64,000 nt of DNA from Candidatus Liptonbacteria bacterium (GTDB lineage: Bacteria > Patescibacteriota > Minisyncoccia > UBA6257 > 2-01-FULL-56-20): assembly GCA_016204385.1 (NCBI GenBank), contig JACQKW010000013.1, forward strand, positions 12,507-76,506, given 5' to 3'. The notes beneath the pieces were generated by a model. That model searched no databases, was not told where the DNA came from, and saw only the letters and a program-made list of their open reading frames with translations. Position numbers and translations under genes: made by a program. Each line of letters opens with the position of its first letter. The first letter of the stretch is position 1. Shown here piece by piece: positions 7,701 to 16,700 of the stretch.

Positions 7701-9338
7701 CTGGATAAAATCCTGGCCGTTCGCGTAATCCACGAGAAGAACGTCATACCCTTTGTCACGCATCTTGTTGACGGTCGGTTCCAGATCGCGGTACAAAGTG
7801 GTTGGAGTCCTGTTCTGCTCTATGTCAAAGCCGTCCACAAGAATGACTAAATTTTTTACAAAGCAACGGTCGGGATCAAAAACAGGTTTCCGATACGTCG
7901 CAGGATAGATGCGCGTGTTTAAAATGCCGGAGGCCGTGTTGCCCAAGTAGTCAGCGTAGAGAGGGCCGGTTACTTTAGGATCCTCTCGTTCTTGGTCATG
8001 AATTCCCAGCCAATCGATTACTTGAGACAAGTCGGCGATGGTGTAGCGGTAGGGGGCAAAGAATACCGGCCAAGGAATTTCGGCTGAATTCCACCACGGA
8101 GGAGTGCTTGTCGCATTAAAGAACGCTCCGGCGCTTGTCTGCGGCGGCCACTCCGCCTCTGGCCACCATACTGGCCTCACCTTAGGAAACTTTCCCTGAA
8201 GAAGCTTTGGAATGCTGCAATCGGTTCCCCTGTTCCCGCCGGGCGGCGGATAGTAATCAACGGTACCCACCGCGTATCGGACTTGGCCATCAATGGTTGC
8301 GCGGATGTGATAGGTGAGGTGCGCCACCATAGTGACGCCTGGCGGCGCCTCTTGCACGAATGTTGCCCGGGACATGTCCCACGGATATTTTTGATCGAGT
8401 TCAACGGGGATAAACGTGTCCGGACTAATGCCGTCTCCGCGCGGCACGCCGGGAAATCTGATGGCAAGGTCAGTAACCGTCTTTGAAGCCGGGTTCTTGA
8501 TTGCAAACTGCGATGGCAGTGAAAAAAGCAGGTAGTTTCCGATCGTGCCGTCGGCCTTCTCATTCAAAAATCCTGTGCCGAAGAAAAGAGAGGTGAGCGG
8601 CGTGGTTGAACTCGCGGGAGTTTCTTTGACATAAGAAATTCTCCCGTCTCCGCGAACCCAATTCTTCTGAAAATCTTGATTGAAAGGAGTGCTTGTTGGA
8701 TATGGAGTCCCGTCTTCATAGAAAAGACTTAGGCGGCCGTTCGTAAAATCCTCCGGATTGAGTTCGTTGTAGTCTATGGCGCCGATCGCGATTGGATTCA
8801 CGCCGCCCTCGACGATCGGCTGCGCCGCCAATGCAAGATTATCCGCCTTCGGCAGGAGATTTTCATTCGTAAACGCACTCCTCCGAAGATCCCCGTACGC
8901 ATTCCGAAGATCGGAGTGGGAAAGCTTGATAGCTTCAAACGTCTGTGGCAAACCCTCGGTCGCAATGCCATTCGCCTTCTTTACGAGGTCCGTATATAAT
9001 ATCGAACCCATGTCAAGCAGGATGCCGGTCCCGATCTTCGCCGCAGGATAGTTTTCATACGTTTCTCTAGTGTTATCTCGAAACGTCGGCAGCGGGCCTT
9101 GGTTCCCTCCACCAAACGGGTCTAGGTTATCACCAGGGTTTTTGATTATCGGCGTCGTGCCGCCGATGGGAAAATCTATGGGCGGTTCTGCACAGTTATC
9201 GAGGAGAGCGCAGTTGTCGCCCGGAAATTGGGCGTACGCGACAAATGCGAACAGAAAAACGGCAAGCGTGGCAAAGCTCGCCGCAAGAATTATCTGTAGC
9301 TTTTTTCCGCCGACCCAGCTTGTAAGATGAGGCGACAT
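4782..9338 (-). CDS. giant secreted protein (~1518 aa) with lipase-like alpha/beta-hydrolase core, FG-GAP/VCBS-like segment and C-terminal coiled-coil repeats
   Basis: Signal anchor KKLQIILAASFATLAVFLFAFVAYA. Nucleophile-elbow-like AGSMG in RAIVMAGSMGTQVTRYAL. DIDGDGVDELI calcium-binding/FG-GAP-like motif. 33-aa tandem repeat (AQEARLRAEL...). The ORF-track start at 9392 lies in repeat DNA; the start at 9338 (MSPHLTSWVGGKK) is preferred. Confidence 0.75.
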   Translation of the reverse strand: MSPHLTSWVGGKKLQIILAASFATLAVFLFAFVAYAQFPGDNCALLDNCAEPPIDFPIGGTTPIIKNPGDNLDPFGGGNQGPLPTFRDNTRETYENYPAAKIGTGILLDMGSILYTDLVKKANGIATEGLPQTFEAIKLSHSDLRNAYGDLRRSAFTNENLLPKADNLALAAQPIVEGGVNPIAIGAIDYNELNPEDFTNGRLSLFYEDGTPYPTSTPFNQDFQKNWVRGDGRISYVKETPASSTTPLTSLFFGTGFLNEKADGTIGNYLLFSLPSQFAIKNPASKTVTDLAIRFPGVPRGDGISPDTFIPVELDQKYPWDMSRATFVQEAPPGVTMVAHLTYHIRATIDGQVRYAVGTVDYYPPPGGNRGTDCSIPKLLQGKFPKVRPVWWPEAEWPPQTSAGAFFNATSTPPWWNSAEIPWPVFFAPYRYTIADLSQVIDWLGIHDQEREDPKVTGPLYADYLGNTASGILNTRIYPATYRKPVFDPDRCFVKNLVILVDGFDIEQNRTPTTLYRDLEPTVNKMRDKGYDVLLVDYANGQDFIQRNAFALMEILKNIHLPKPWLTMKPGYENQRAIVMAGSMGTQVTRYALAKLEGQNIDHHTGLWIAIDGPFVGAHIPVSLQGLFDFLSQFNDDAIPFRIAINSPAAKELLRRHYNTGLVFPDSYHSRFYDEVRALNGGTGMPQKLRKVAMSQGSGQGLTQDNVVKQSNDFLARTFEHLESITFRSLWYGLDIDARTEGVSRTAGERILDAWVTKPAGFIIIPNPLDPFGPPIRIPIGRSLYLSYEYEILSGWQDLDMIPGGSTFAARKLKDKFNNSTAPAMLRCENGPPCNITSQLDHSPFIPLFSALNYEAAGTSSVTENVTTRKEISYGWVTEVEYGVAGPQTVPSDIWYAPEDQSKFGFQMDPNVKSNSPFDAIWYEPVNVEHVFTAGVRPPTSTEAFIFNELDRFTSQEEFSNKLLWSDGTYADKGKIPSSDIVLVGDMTGCGNEVLTVNTMTKKFMVQQFRDGIWNVISQGQGSLGAWTIDKGDRFFLPETRLFALEGRAELLSISAGTPARAMLQKIFRSGGFDCATATYSWETVWDNRDSVSGIISGMLGPWKLHPTDMIIFGNIGNFGNEPDEREEMLIMYPYIGNNARERFSPGAGGISEASIIRFRGGADPWQEMARYSHQLTASSVCSPRGCGNESSWPIRFGDQFNFLNLDAATSTQSLFSTIGLLNIFQGRDGDQNRDGVNDGTNAQIQNFNTAFNDWVTQWNDSPDRLVTPRVFGTIGSWNLGVTGHSLEDAFLSADIDGDGVDELISHNPSFLHAQNFNAPSSTWSLKYFTGPLEGSMFGVHQLRSGDRLYAGNVNAPNTRPNVFAPPPPDEETLGTPLDSNGKGKNGRQNETHGKNEGKKLEKLLAQEARLRAELSALISSTDAKDKKNEDQKLGKIAAQEARLRAELIALVVGPDTKDEIIVVNPGTNLPLSVTLPSPPTILRYDPLSPTALRGWDVVWQDTSIGQIMLGNWKMYER
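4986..5160. repeat. 2 x 99-bp tandem repeat inside the giant gene
   Basis: aagcgcgatcaattctgctcgaagtcggg... at 4986 and aagcgcgctcaattccgctcgaagtcggg... at 5085. Period 99 bp = 33 aa. Confidence 0.8.
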
Positions 9339-9382
9339 GTGAGTATGTGGAGAGCATAGTGCGGGGGGCTTAGGGGTGTCAA

Positions 9383-9521
9383 ACCCCCACACCTAACGTG
9401 GAGGTGTATTCACCTCGAAGCCCACACAATTCTTCACTACTCGTTGTTTTGGGGCATACCCTGTTTCAAGCAGATAACGCAGAATACCTTTTGCTTCGCG
9501 CTCCCCGTTAGGTGTGGGGGT
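9383..9521. repeat. 16-bp perfect inverted repeats flanking a 107-bp segment upstream of the giant gene
   Basis: acccccacacctaacg (9383-9398) and cgttaggtgtgggggt (9506-9521). Confidence 0.85.
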
Positions 9522-9577
9522 CAAATCACTGCAGTACGCGTCTCCAATCTCCTCCTTTTTCTTGCATTCCGCCATTC

Positions 9578-9616
9578 TATTGTCCTGTCTGACGGTCGTT
9601 CAATGGGACAGTAATT
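9578..9616. repeat. hairpin element F, copy 2
   Basis: tattgtcctgtctgacggtcgttcaatgggacagtaatt. About 81-88 bp further on it is followed by an aaaaaagaccgccc terminator-like hairpin (9667-9698), the same layout as copy 1. Confidence 0.7.
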
Positions 9617-9723
9617 CGCGTTACGGCAACAACGGAGGTGCTCGGTTGGTGACGCGGCCGGCAACGAAAAAAAAGACCGCCCGGGGTTCGGACGGTCGGG
9701 ATGCGATGAAGCGCAGGGCTTCG

Positions 9724-10116
9724 CTAGCTGGTGGAGCTCACTTCCCGCGGCGCGGGATACGGCGCGGGCTTCTTGTCCACCCACTGGAAGACCGGTGGTG
9801 GGGTCATGGCGAACAGGTACGTCCTCACGTCGCCGTCGCGGCGCCGGAGAACCACGTAGTGAGTATCCCCATACACCACCTCCTCGCCGATGGTCTCGTA
9901 GATTTCGTTTGGCTTGAGGAATCTCGTTGCCATCGGGATTCCCAGCGCTGCCCGCTTTTGCCTCTCTTGAGCAAACGGGAGAGAAAAACAACCGGCGAGC
10001 GCGAATAGTATGCCGATAGCGAACTCGAGTTCGTTATCTGCCCTAACAGTCGTTGTGCCCGCAAGAAACAGAAGCACGAGCGCGAGCAATCCGAAGAAAG
10101 ACCCATCTTTTTTCAT
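9724..10116 (-). CDS. small secreted protein, unknown function
   Basis: Signal peptide MKKDGSFFGLLALVLLFLAGTTTVRA. SD-like GAGAGGTG upstream of the ATG. Confidence 0.55.
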   Translation of the reverse strand: MKKDGSFFGLLALVLLFLAGTTTVRADNELEFAIGILFALAGCFSLPFAQERQKRAALGIPMATRFLKPNEIYETIGEEVVYGDTHYVVLRRRDGDVRTYLFAMTPPPVFQWVDKKPAPYPAPREVSSTS

Positions 10117-10255
10117 TTTTCACCTCTCAAAGAGCAAGGGGAAGCACCATTGCTTCGAACGCATTATACCACCCTCTTAATCTCCTGTCAAATTCTACTC
10201 AAATCGTATCATTCAACAATTCGCGCGAATGGTTCAGAGTAAGAAATGGCTTTGC

Positions 10256-13009
10256 TTATTTCAAAACTCGTCTCAAATACTCGCCCGTAAAACTCTCCTT
10301 TTTTCTTGAGATCTCCTCGGGCGTCCCGGCGGCGACCACTCTGCCGCCCTTGTCGCCTCCTTCGGGACCAAGATCAATCACCCAGTCGGCGGTTTTGATC
10401 ACATCTAAATTGTGTTCGATTACGACCACCGTATTTCCGCGCTCGACGAGCCGCTGGAGGACTTTGAGTAAATTGTCTACGTCCGCAAAATGGAGTCCGG
10501 TTGTCGGTTCATCAAGTAAATAAAGCGTTCTCCTCGTGTCACGTTTTCCAAGCTCCGCCGAGAGCTTGATCCTCTGCGCCTCTCCGCCCGAGAGCGTGGT
10601 GGCAGATTGGCCGAGTTCCAAATAGCCCAAGCCCACGTCTTCCAAAATGCTCAAGCGGTCGTGGAGATGCGGGATATCTTTAAAGAATTTCACCGCTTCC
10701 TCGATTGTGAGTTTTAGGATATCGTAGATGTTTTTACTTGCGCTCCTATCTTTCGAAGAAAGATGGGAGGGTGAATACTCTACTTCAAGCGTCTCGCGGT
10801 CGAAACGCTTGCCTTTGCACACTTCGCATTCCACGTAGACCGTCGGCAAAAAGTGCATTTCTATCGCGATATAGCCGTGCCCCTCGCAGTTCTCGCACCT
10901 GCCGCCCGGGACGTTGAAGCTGAACCGCCCGGGTTTCCAGCCGCGCACGCGCGCGTCCTCGGTTGAGGCAAAAAGCTCGCGGACAAACGTCCACGCGCCC
11001 ACGTAGGTTGCCGGATTCGAGCGCGGCGTGCGTCCTATGGGCGACTGGTCAATGTTGATGACGCGGTTAATGTACTCGGTGCCGAGAATCGCATTGACTG
11101 AGGTTGGTCTGTGCCGCCCCGACGCTCCAGTCGGGGTCCCGACCCCGCGGTAGCGGGCGTCGGGATTGAACTTGTTTGCAAGCGTCTTAAAAATCACATC
11201 GTAGACCAAGCTCGATTTTCCCGAACCCGAGACGCCGGTCACCGCCGTAAGGCGCCGCAAGGGAACATCCACGTTGATATTCTGCAAATTATTTGCCGTG
11301 GCGCCTTTCACTTTTAGAAAATCATGTCCGCCAGCTGGCGGATTCGCGACCTTCCGCCGCTCTTTCGGCACTTCGATGAACTGGTGGCCGCGAAGATAGT
11401 CGAGCGTGAGCGAATTGTTCTTTTTTACATCCTTAATGATTTCTGGGATTGTTCCCTGCGCGATGATTTTCCCGCCGTGCACTCCCGCACCCGGCCCGAT
11501 ATCCACCAAATAATCGCTCTTACGGATGGTCTCCTCGTCGTGCTCGACCACGATGATGGTGTTCCCGAGGTCGCGGAGCTCGTGGAGCGTCTTGATGAGT
11601 TTCGCGTTGTCCTTTTGGTGGAGGCCTATGGTCGGCTCGTCCAAAATATAGAGCGTTCCCACGAGCCGCGAGCCGATCTGCGAGGCGAGCCGGATGCGCT
11701 GTGATTCTCCGCCGGAGAGCGTCCCCGCCCTCCGTTCGAGCGTGAGATAATCGAGCCCCACGTCAATCATGAACTTCAGACGGTTTTTTATCTCGCGGAG
11801 CGGTGTTTCCGCAACAAGATAGCGGCCCGTTGCCGGTTGGCCGCTATCTTGTTTAAAACCCAGCGGTTTTAACCCGCTCTCCGCCGGTTGGCGGATCGCT
11901 TTTCCGCCACGGGAAAACTCCCGTTTTCCCGACCCCTTTCCCTCGTCTCGTAATTCTTCGAATTTCGATCCGCCTTCCTTAAGCTGTGCTTCGAGCTTAC
12001 CGAAAAACTCATGCGCGTGCGCGATCGAAAATTCCACCACGCTTGCGATATTCTTCCCGTCAATTAATACATTCAAGCTCTCTTCGCGCAAGCGTTTTCC
12101 GAGGCATGCAGGACAGATCTTTTCCGACCATATTTCTTCCGTGCCAAGCCCGTGGCACGTTTGGCAGGCGCCGTAGGGGCTATTGAAAGAAAAAAGGCGC
12201 GGTTCGATCTCGGGAAACGAAAAACTGTCCTGCGGGCAGGTGAATTTTGCTGAAAGAGAAATTTCGTCGTCCGTAATGATCGTTACCACGTCATTTCCAT
12301 ACTTAAGGGCGGATTCTATCGCTTCCGCTAATCGAAGCCGGTTGTCCTTGTCTTTATAATCCATACCTGACGGAATGCGATCCACCACAAGCTCTATCGT
12401 GTGCTGTTTGTACCGCGAGAGTTCTATGCGGTCGCGGAGCATGTGCATTTTTCCGTCAATCCGCACCTCGCGGAATCCGGCGTTCAGGAAATCGTAGAGC
12501 ATCTGGTAGTACTCCCCCTTTCTGCCCCGCACGGCAGGGGCGAGAATGAGTAAGTTTTTTCCTGATTTGTTCTTTCCTGCGATATCAATAACGGCATCCA
12601 CGATCTCCTCGTTCGTCATCTTTTTGATCTCCCTGCCGCATTTTGGGCAGAACGGTTTCCCGAGGCGCGCAAAAAGCACGCGGAGATAGTCGTAGATTTC
12701 GGTGATCGTCGCGACCGTCGAGCGCGGATTGTGCGAGTGGCTTTTCTGGTCTATGGAAATCGAGGGCGAGAGGCCTTCTATTTCGTCCACGTCCGGTTTG
12801 TCCAAGCGTCCCAAAAACTGCCGCGCGTACGCCGAGAGCGATTCGATGTAGCGCCGCTGGCCTTCGGCGAAGATCGTATCGAACGCCAAGCTCGATTTCC
12901 CCGAACCGGAAAGCCCCGTAAAGACGATCATCTTGTCGCGCGGGATTTCAAGATTGATGTTCTTTAAATTGTGCTCGCGTGCGCCGCGGATTATGATTTT
13001 ATCCTTCAT
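10256..13009 (-). CDS. uvrA: excinuclease ABC subunit A
   Basis: [20 protein letters not shown] start. Walker [24 protein letters not shown] and a second [11 protein letters not shown]. Zinc modules CPKC...CQTCHG and CENCEGHG...CEVCKG. ABC signatures LSGGE. The ORF-track N-terminal extension (to 13108) was rejected. Confidence 0.95.
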   Translation of the reverse strand: MKDKIIIRGAREHNLKNINLEIPRDKMIVFTGLSGSGKSSLAFDTIFAEGQRRYIESLSAYARQFLGRLDKPDVDEIEGLSPSISIDQKSHSHNPRSTVATITEIYDYLRVLFARLGKPFCPKCGREIKKMTNEEIVDAVIDIAGKNKSGKNLLILAPAVRGRKGEYYQMLYDFLNAGFREVRIDGKMHMLRDRIELSRYKQHTIELVVDRIPSGMDYKDKDNRLRLAEAIESALKYGNDVVTIITDDEISLSAKFTCPQDSFSFPEIEPRLFSFNSPYGACQTCHGLGTEEIWSEKICPACLGKRLREESLNVLIDGKNIASVVEFSIAHAHEFFGKLEAQLKEGGSKFEELRDEGKGSGKREFSRGGKAIRQPAESGLKPLGFKQDSGQPATGRYLVAETPLREIKNRLKFMIDVGLDYLTLERRAGTLSGGESQRIRLASQIGSRLVGTLYILDEPTIGLHQKDNAKLIKTLHELRDLGNTIIVVEHDEETIRKSDYLVDIGPGAGVHGGKIIAQGTIPEIIKDVKKNNSLTLDYLRGHQFIEVPKERRKVANPPAGGHDFLKVKGATANNLQNINVDVPLRRLTAVTGVSGSGKSSLVYDVIFKTLANKFNPDARYRGVGTPTGASGRHRPTSVNAILGTEYINRVINIDQSPIGRTPRSNPATYVGAWTFVRELFASTEDARVRGWKPGRFSFNVPGGRCENCEGHGYIAIEMHFLPTVYVECEVCKGKRFDRETLEVEYSPSHLSSKDRSASKNIYDILKLTIEEAVKFFKDIPHLHDRLSILEDVGLGYLELGQSATTLSGGEAQRIKLSAELGKRDTRRTLYLLDEPTTGLHFADVDNLLKVLQRLVERGNTVVVIEHNLDVIKTADWVIDLGPEGGDKGGRVVAAGTPEEISRKKESFTGEYLRRVLK

Positions 13010-13101
13010 GAACGATGAAAACTCCCCTCCGAGCCGCCTAGTAGGGGGGTACAGAAGAAGTGTAACGCGTAATTTTAAAAAATGCAACGATCTGCAAACA
13101 T

Positions 13102-13133
13102 TTAACAATTCCTACGATCGTAGGAATTGTTAA
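13102..13133. repeat. perfect 32-bp palindrome with ACGATCGT core
   Basis: ttaacaattcctacga|tcgtaggaattgttaa, about 95 bp upstream of the uvrA ATG. Confidence 0.9.
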
Positions 13134-13366
13134 TATTCATTCGGTCTGGCATGGAGTATTCGCGGGCGCCGCGAATAAAGAAAATGCCCGCGCTTGCGCA
13201 CGGGCATTGAAATTCGCATCGAAGAGCGCGCTATTCGATATGCCAACGCCTGGATTTTATGGTCCGGCGAAGTCGACCCCCTAAACTCCGGGGTGCTCCA
13301 CAAGGGTTGATCTTATCTCTCCCGTGGTGGCGTATCGAACGGCTGCTCGACCGATGTTCTTTCGTT

Positions 13367-14287
13367 TCAGGGTACTGCGACTGGCCTTGACCTCGTGGTC
13401 TCGTCTACGCCAGAAAGCTCTTCGTGGGCTCCGCGGAGATGGCGTTCGAGATTATGCGCAAGGAGCATCCGCTCTTTGCAGAGCGGGCACCGGTAATGCA
13501 TCTCGGGCTTGCCTTCCGGATCTGTGCGCGAAAACGTGTCGAATTCGAAGGCGTACCATGCGCCGTTAAACATGATGGTGGCAGTCCTCGGTCCTTTGAG
13601 GAGCACCTCGTTTTCTCGCCCGTTTTCGCCGCGGCGTTTGCCGAGCACGAACATGCCTGCGCCGACGAGGAACACGAGCAACACGCTTGCGCCCGCGAGC
13701 CAGAAGTTGTTCTTGCGGAGAGCGGTAATGCGCGAGAGTTCAGCCACTAATGCGGCAAGGCGCTCGTCGCGATCGGTGATCTGCGAATCCTTAAGCGCCA
13801 CGGCTTCGCCCTGCGCCTTTCCGATCTTTTCGAGCTCGCCTCGGAGCGACGCTATTTTGCCTTCGAGCTCCTGCGCGCGCGTTTCTAGCTGCGCTGATTT
13901 TCGCCGCTCGTGGTCGAGTTCTTCGGTGAGCGCGATGACGTGGTTCACTCTCTCCCTTCGAGCGGAAAGACGGTCACGCGCCATGATGAGCCGGGATGTT
14001 TCGGCAATCTCCGCTCCGGGTTCCCTATAACAGGGCAACGGAACCGTGATTTCGGCACCAAGCGGCAAACGCCGCAGGTTCTGCTCCGGCGGGATGCCGG
14101 AGATGCGGATCACCGCCGAGAGCCAATCCATGCTGCAGCCATTCCGTTCGAGCGCCTGTGTAATGCCTTCGCCCTCTTGGAGCTTCATCACGATGGTTCG
14201 GGAACCCTCGCGCGCGGACGAGTGTCCGAAGGCGCTCACGAAACAGGCAGAGAGCAATGCCAAAATCCTTAATGCGGACCGCTTCAT
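13367..14287 (-). CDS. membrane-anchored coiled-coil protein with C-terminal zinc-finger-like motif
   Basis: Signal MKRSALRILALLSACFVSAFG. Long coiled coil (ELDHERRKSAQLETRAQELEGKIASLRGELEKIGKAQ). TM WLAGASVLLVFLVGAGMFVL. C-terminal CPLC...HNLERHLRGAH. SD GGGAGGG before the ATG at 14287. Confidence 0.55.
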   Translation of the reverse strand: MKRSALRILALLSACFVSAFGHSSAREGSRTIVMKLQEGEGITQALERNGCSMDWLSAVIRISGIPPEQNLRRLPLGAEITVPLPCYREPGAEIAETSRLIMARDRLSARRERVNHVIALTEELDHERRKSAQLETRAQELEGKIASLRGELEKIGKAQGEAVALKDSQITDRDERLAALVAELSRITALRKNNFWLAGASVLLVFLVGAGMFVLGKRRGENGRENEVLLKGPRTATIMFNGAWYAFEFDTFSRTDPEGKPEMHYRCPLCKERMLLAHNLERHLRGAHEELSGVDETTRSRPVAVP

Positions 14288-14552
14288 TTCCCACCCTCCC
14301 TTCCTTGTGCCGTTCATCGGCGACAGGTTTTAACTTCAGTTCACTCTGAAACGTGGTTGATATTCCGTTTTCAATGTGCCAAACGAACGACTGGAAAAGT
14401 AGCATTTCGCACGATGCGTGTCAATCCTTCGACTATGTTCAGGATTGACCTGGATTTTATCCCTCATCTTTAATTAACGACGTCCGACGTCGTAATGTGG
14501 AAGTGTTTCACTTTTCCTGCTACACCGCAGCACTTTCGCGGAAAGTGCTGGG

Positions 14553-16667
14553 TCAGGTTTTATGGCTAAGAATTCTTCGCTGTTGGCTTGAATTCTTAGA
14601 CAAAGCCCTTATTTCATCGCGAAGAATCGCCGCTAATTCGAAATCCAATTGCCGCGCCGCTTCCTTCATCTCGCGTTCTTTTTTCTTTATGAGTTCGGCA
14701 ATTGCGGTTTTTGATTTCGGGAGTGGTTTTGTCTCAAGCGCAAGAATTTCGTCAATATTCGGCAGTATATCCTTTATCTCTTTTTTGATCGTCGTGGGCG
14801 TGATGCCGTGTTTCTTGTTGTACTCAAGCTGGAGTTCTCTTCTACGCTCGGTTTCATCTATCGCGCGCCGGATGGAGCCCGTGATGTGGTCGGCGTAGAT
14901 CAGGACTTCTCCCGCTACGTTTCGCGCCGCGCGGCCGATGGTCTGGATAAGCGACGTCTCGCTCCTTAAAAATCCTTCTTTGTCGGCGTCCAAAATCGCC
15001 ACAAGCGACACCTCGGGCAAGTCCAACCCCTCTCGGAGAAGGTTCACTCCCACAAGCACGTCAAATTCCCCTTTCCGCAAGCTCGTCAAAATCCGTATCC
15101 GGTCGAGCGTTTTTACGTCGCTGTGAAGATAGGTCACTTTCATTTTTCCCAATAACTTACCATCGTGACGATCGTTAGGATGGTAAGTTGAGAGATATTC
15201 TGTTAAGTCCTCGGCCATTTTCTTTGTGAGCGTTGTGACAAGCACTCGTTCTTTTTTCGCCACGCGTCCCTCTATTCGCGGTATCAAGTCATCCACCTGT
15301 CCTCGCGCGGGGCGCACGGTGATCTTCGGGTCCACAAGGCCTGTGGGGCGGATGATCTGCTCCACGATCTGCCCTAAGCTCGCTTGCCCTGAGGTACTCG
15401 AATGGGTTGAAGGGTCGCTCTTTTTTCGCTCGTATTCCGAGGGCGTTGCCGAGGTATAGATGATCTGCCCGACCCGCTCGCCGAATTCCTTAAAGGTAAG
15501 AGGGCGGTTGTCGGCGGCGGACGGCAGTCGAAAACCGTATTCGATGAGGGTTTTCTTCCGCGAGGCGTCTCCGGCATACATGCCGTTTAACTGCGGCACG
15601 GTCACATGCGATTCGTCAATTACCGTAAGAAAATCGGCTTGCCCTGAGGTACTCGAATGGGTCGAACGGGGGAAATAATTAAGCAATGTCTCCGGCGGTT
15701 CCCCTGCGGCGCGGCCGGATAAGTGCCGTGAATAATTTTCGATGCCGTGGCAGTAGCCGACTTCCTTCATCATGGCGATATCGAACTTTGTGCGCCGCTC
15801 GAGGCGTTCCGCCTCAAGAAACAGTTTCTTGTTTTCAAAATACTTCAGCCGTTCTTTGAGCTCTTCTTTAATTGCCGTGATCGCGCGCTCCCGCTCAAGC
15901 GGAGGCGTGATGAAGTGCTTTGCTGGCGCGATATAGATTTCTGACACCGTCGGGGTTTTCTCGGGAACAAAACCTTTCACGGGGTCAATCTCATAAATTT
16001 TCGTTATCACGCCGTTCTTGAGTTCAAAATTATAAATCACTTCCCTGTCCGGAGGCATTACTTCCCAATTGTCGCCGCGGAGTCGGTACGTGCCGCGCTT
16101 GAGGTCGCTCGTCGTGCGCGTAAATTGAAGCTCAATGAGCTTTCGGGCAAATTTCTTGCGGTCAATCCTGTCCCCTACTTTGAAATGGAAAATGTTTTCC
16201 GCATAGACCTCCGGCGCGCCTAAACCGTAGATGCAGGAAACGGACGCCACCACGATCACATCAGGCCGCGTAAGGAGCGCGGTCGTCGCCGCATGCCGGA
16301 GCTTGTCTATCTCGTCGTTGATCATCGCCTCTTTCTCGATATACGTGTCGGTCGTCGGCATGTACGCCTCCGGCTGGTAGTAGTCGTAGTATGAGACGAA
16401 ATAGTTCACGGAATTGTTCGGAAAAAGCTCGCGGAATTCGTTTGTAAGCTGGGCGGCAAGCGTTTTGTTGTGCGCGATCACGAGCGTGGGTTTCTGAATC
16501 TCCGCGATCACGTTCGCGACCGTAAACGTCTTCCCGCTTCCGGTAACCCCAAAAAGCGTCTGGTGCCCATAACCCTTCTTAATGCCTTCCACGAGCGCGC
16601 GAATGGCTTTCGGCTGATCACCCGAGGGTTTGAATTTTGAGATTAGTTTGAATGACTTTTGTAACAT
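14553..16667 (-). CDS. uvrB: excinuclease ABC subunit B
   Basis: [22 protein letters not shown] start. Walker [15 protein letters not shown] box ([11 protein letters not shown]), helicase motifs, C-terminal UVR domain ([13 protein letters not shown]). Carries two identical 26-bp in-frame inserts. Confidence 0.95.
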   Translation of the reverse strand: MLQKSFKLISKFKPSGDQPKAIRALVEGIKKGYGHQTLFGVTGSGKTFTVANVIAEIQKPTLVIAHNKTLAAQLTNEFRELFPNNSVNYFVSYYDYYQPEAYMPTTDTYIEKEAMINDEIDKLRHAATTALLTRPDVIVVASVSCIYGLGAPEVYAENIFHFKVGDRIDRKKFARKLIELQFTRTTSDLKRGTYRLRGDNWEVMPPDREVIYNFELKNGVITKIYEIDPVKGFVPEKTPTVSEIYIAPAKHFITPPLERERAITAIKEELKERLKYFENKKLFLEAERLERRTKFDIAMMKEVGYCHGIENYSRHLSGRAAGEPPETLLNYFPRSTHSSTSGQADFLTVIDESHVTVPQLNGMYAGDASRKKTLIEYGFRLPSAADNRPLTFKEFGERVGQIIYTSATPSEYERKKSDPSTHSSTSGQASLGQIVEQIIRPTGLVDPKITVRPARGQVDDLIPRIEGRVAKKERVLVTTLTKKMAEDLTEYLSTYHPNDRHDGKLLGKMKVTYLHSDVKTLDRIRILTSLRKGEFDVLVGVNLLREGLDLPEVSLVAILDADKEGFLRSETSLIQTIGRAARNVAGEVLIYADHITGSIRRAIDETERRRELQLEYNKKHGITPTTIKKEIKDILPNIDEILALETKPLPKSKTAIAELIKKKEREMKEAARQLDFELAAILRDEIRALSKNSSQQRRILSHKT
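15155..15188. repeat. imperfect 34-bp palindrome with ACGATCGT core inside uvrB
   Basis: acttaccatc-gtgacgatcgttag-gatggtaagt. Encodes [13 protein letters not shown] on the minus strand. Confidence 0.75.
15382..15407. repeat. 26-bp exact direct repeat, copy 1 (in uvrB)
   Basis: gcttgccctgaggtactcgaatgggt. Encodes THSSTSGQA. Confidence 0.9.
15637..15662. repeat. 26-bp exact direct repeat, copy 2 (in uvrB)
   Basis: Identical 26-mer 255 bp from copy 1, also in frame (THSSTSGQA). Confidence 0.9.
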
Positions 16668-16700
16668 CTCTATACGGCAAAAACCGCCTGCGTCTTGGGA

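Noticed and set aside
9393-9575. 60-aa ORF spanning the IR-bounded segment upstream of the giant gene
   Set aside because: It has no SD, crosses both inverted repeats, and shows no recognisable domain. It was kept only as a note in the IR finding.
13010-13108. ORF-track N-terminal extensions of uvrA (to 13108), uvrB (to 16742), secA (to 35563), cfa (to 48499) and the PQQ dehydrogenase (to 19871)
   Set aside because: Conserved family N-termini start at internal Met codons ([42 protein letters not shown]). The extensions have non-protein-like sequence.
15382-15662. Possible CRISPR-like direct repeats (26-bp exact repeat)
   Set aside because: There are only two copies, both inside the uvrB reading frame and 255 bp apart. 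No array of regularly spaced repeats exists anywhere in the window, and no cas genes are present.
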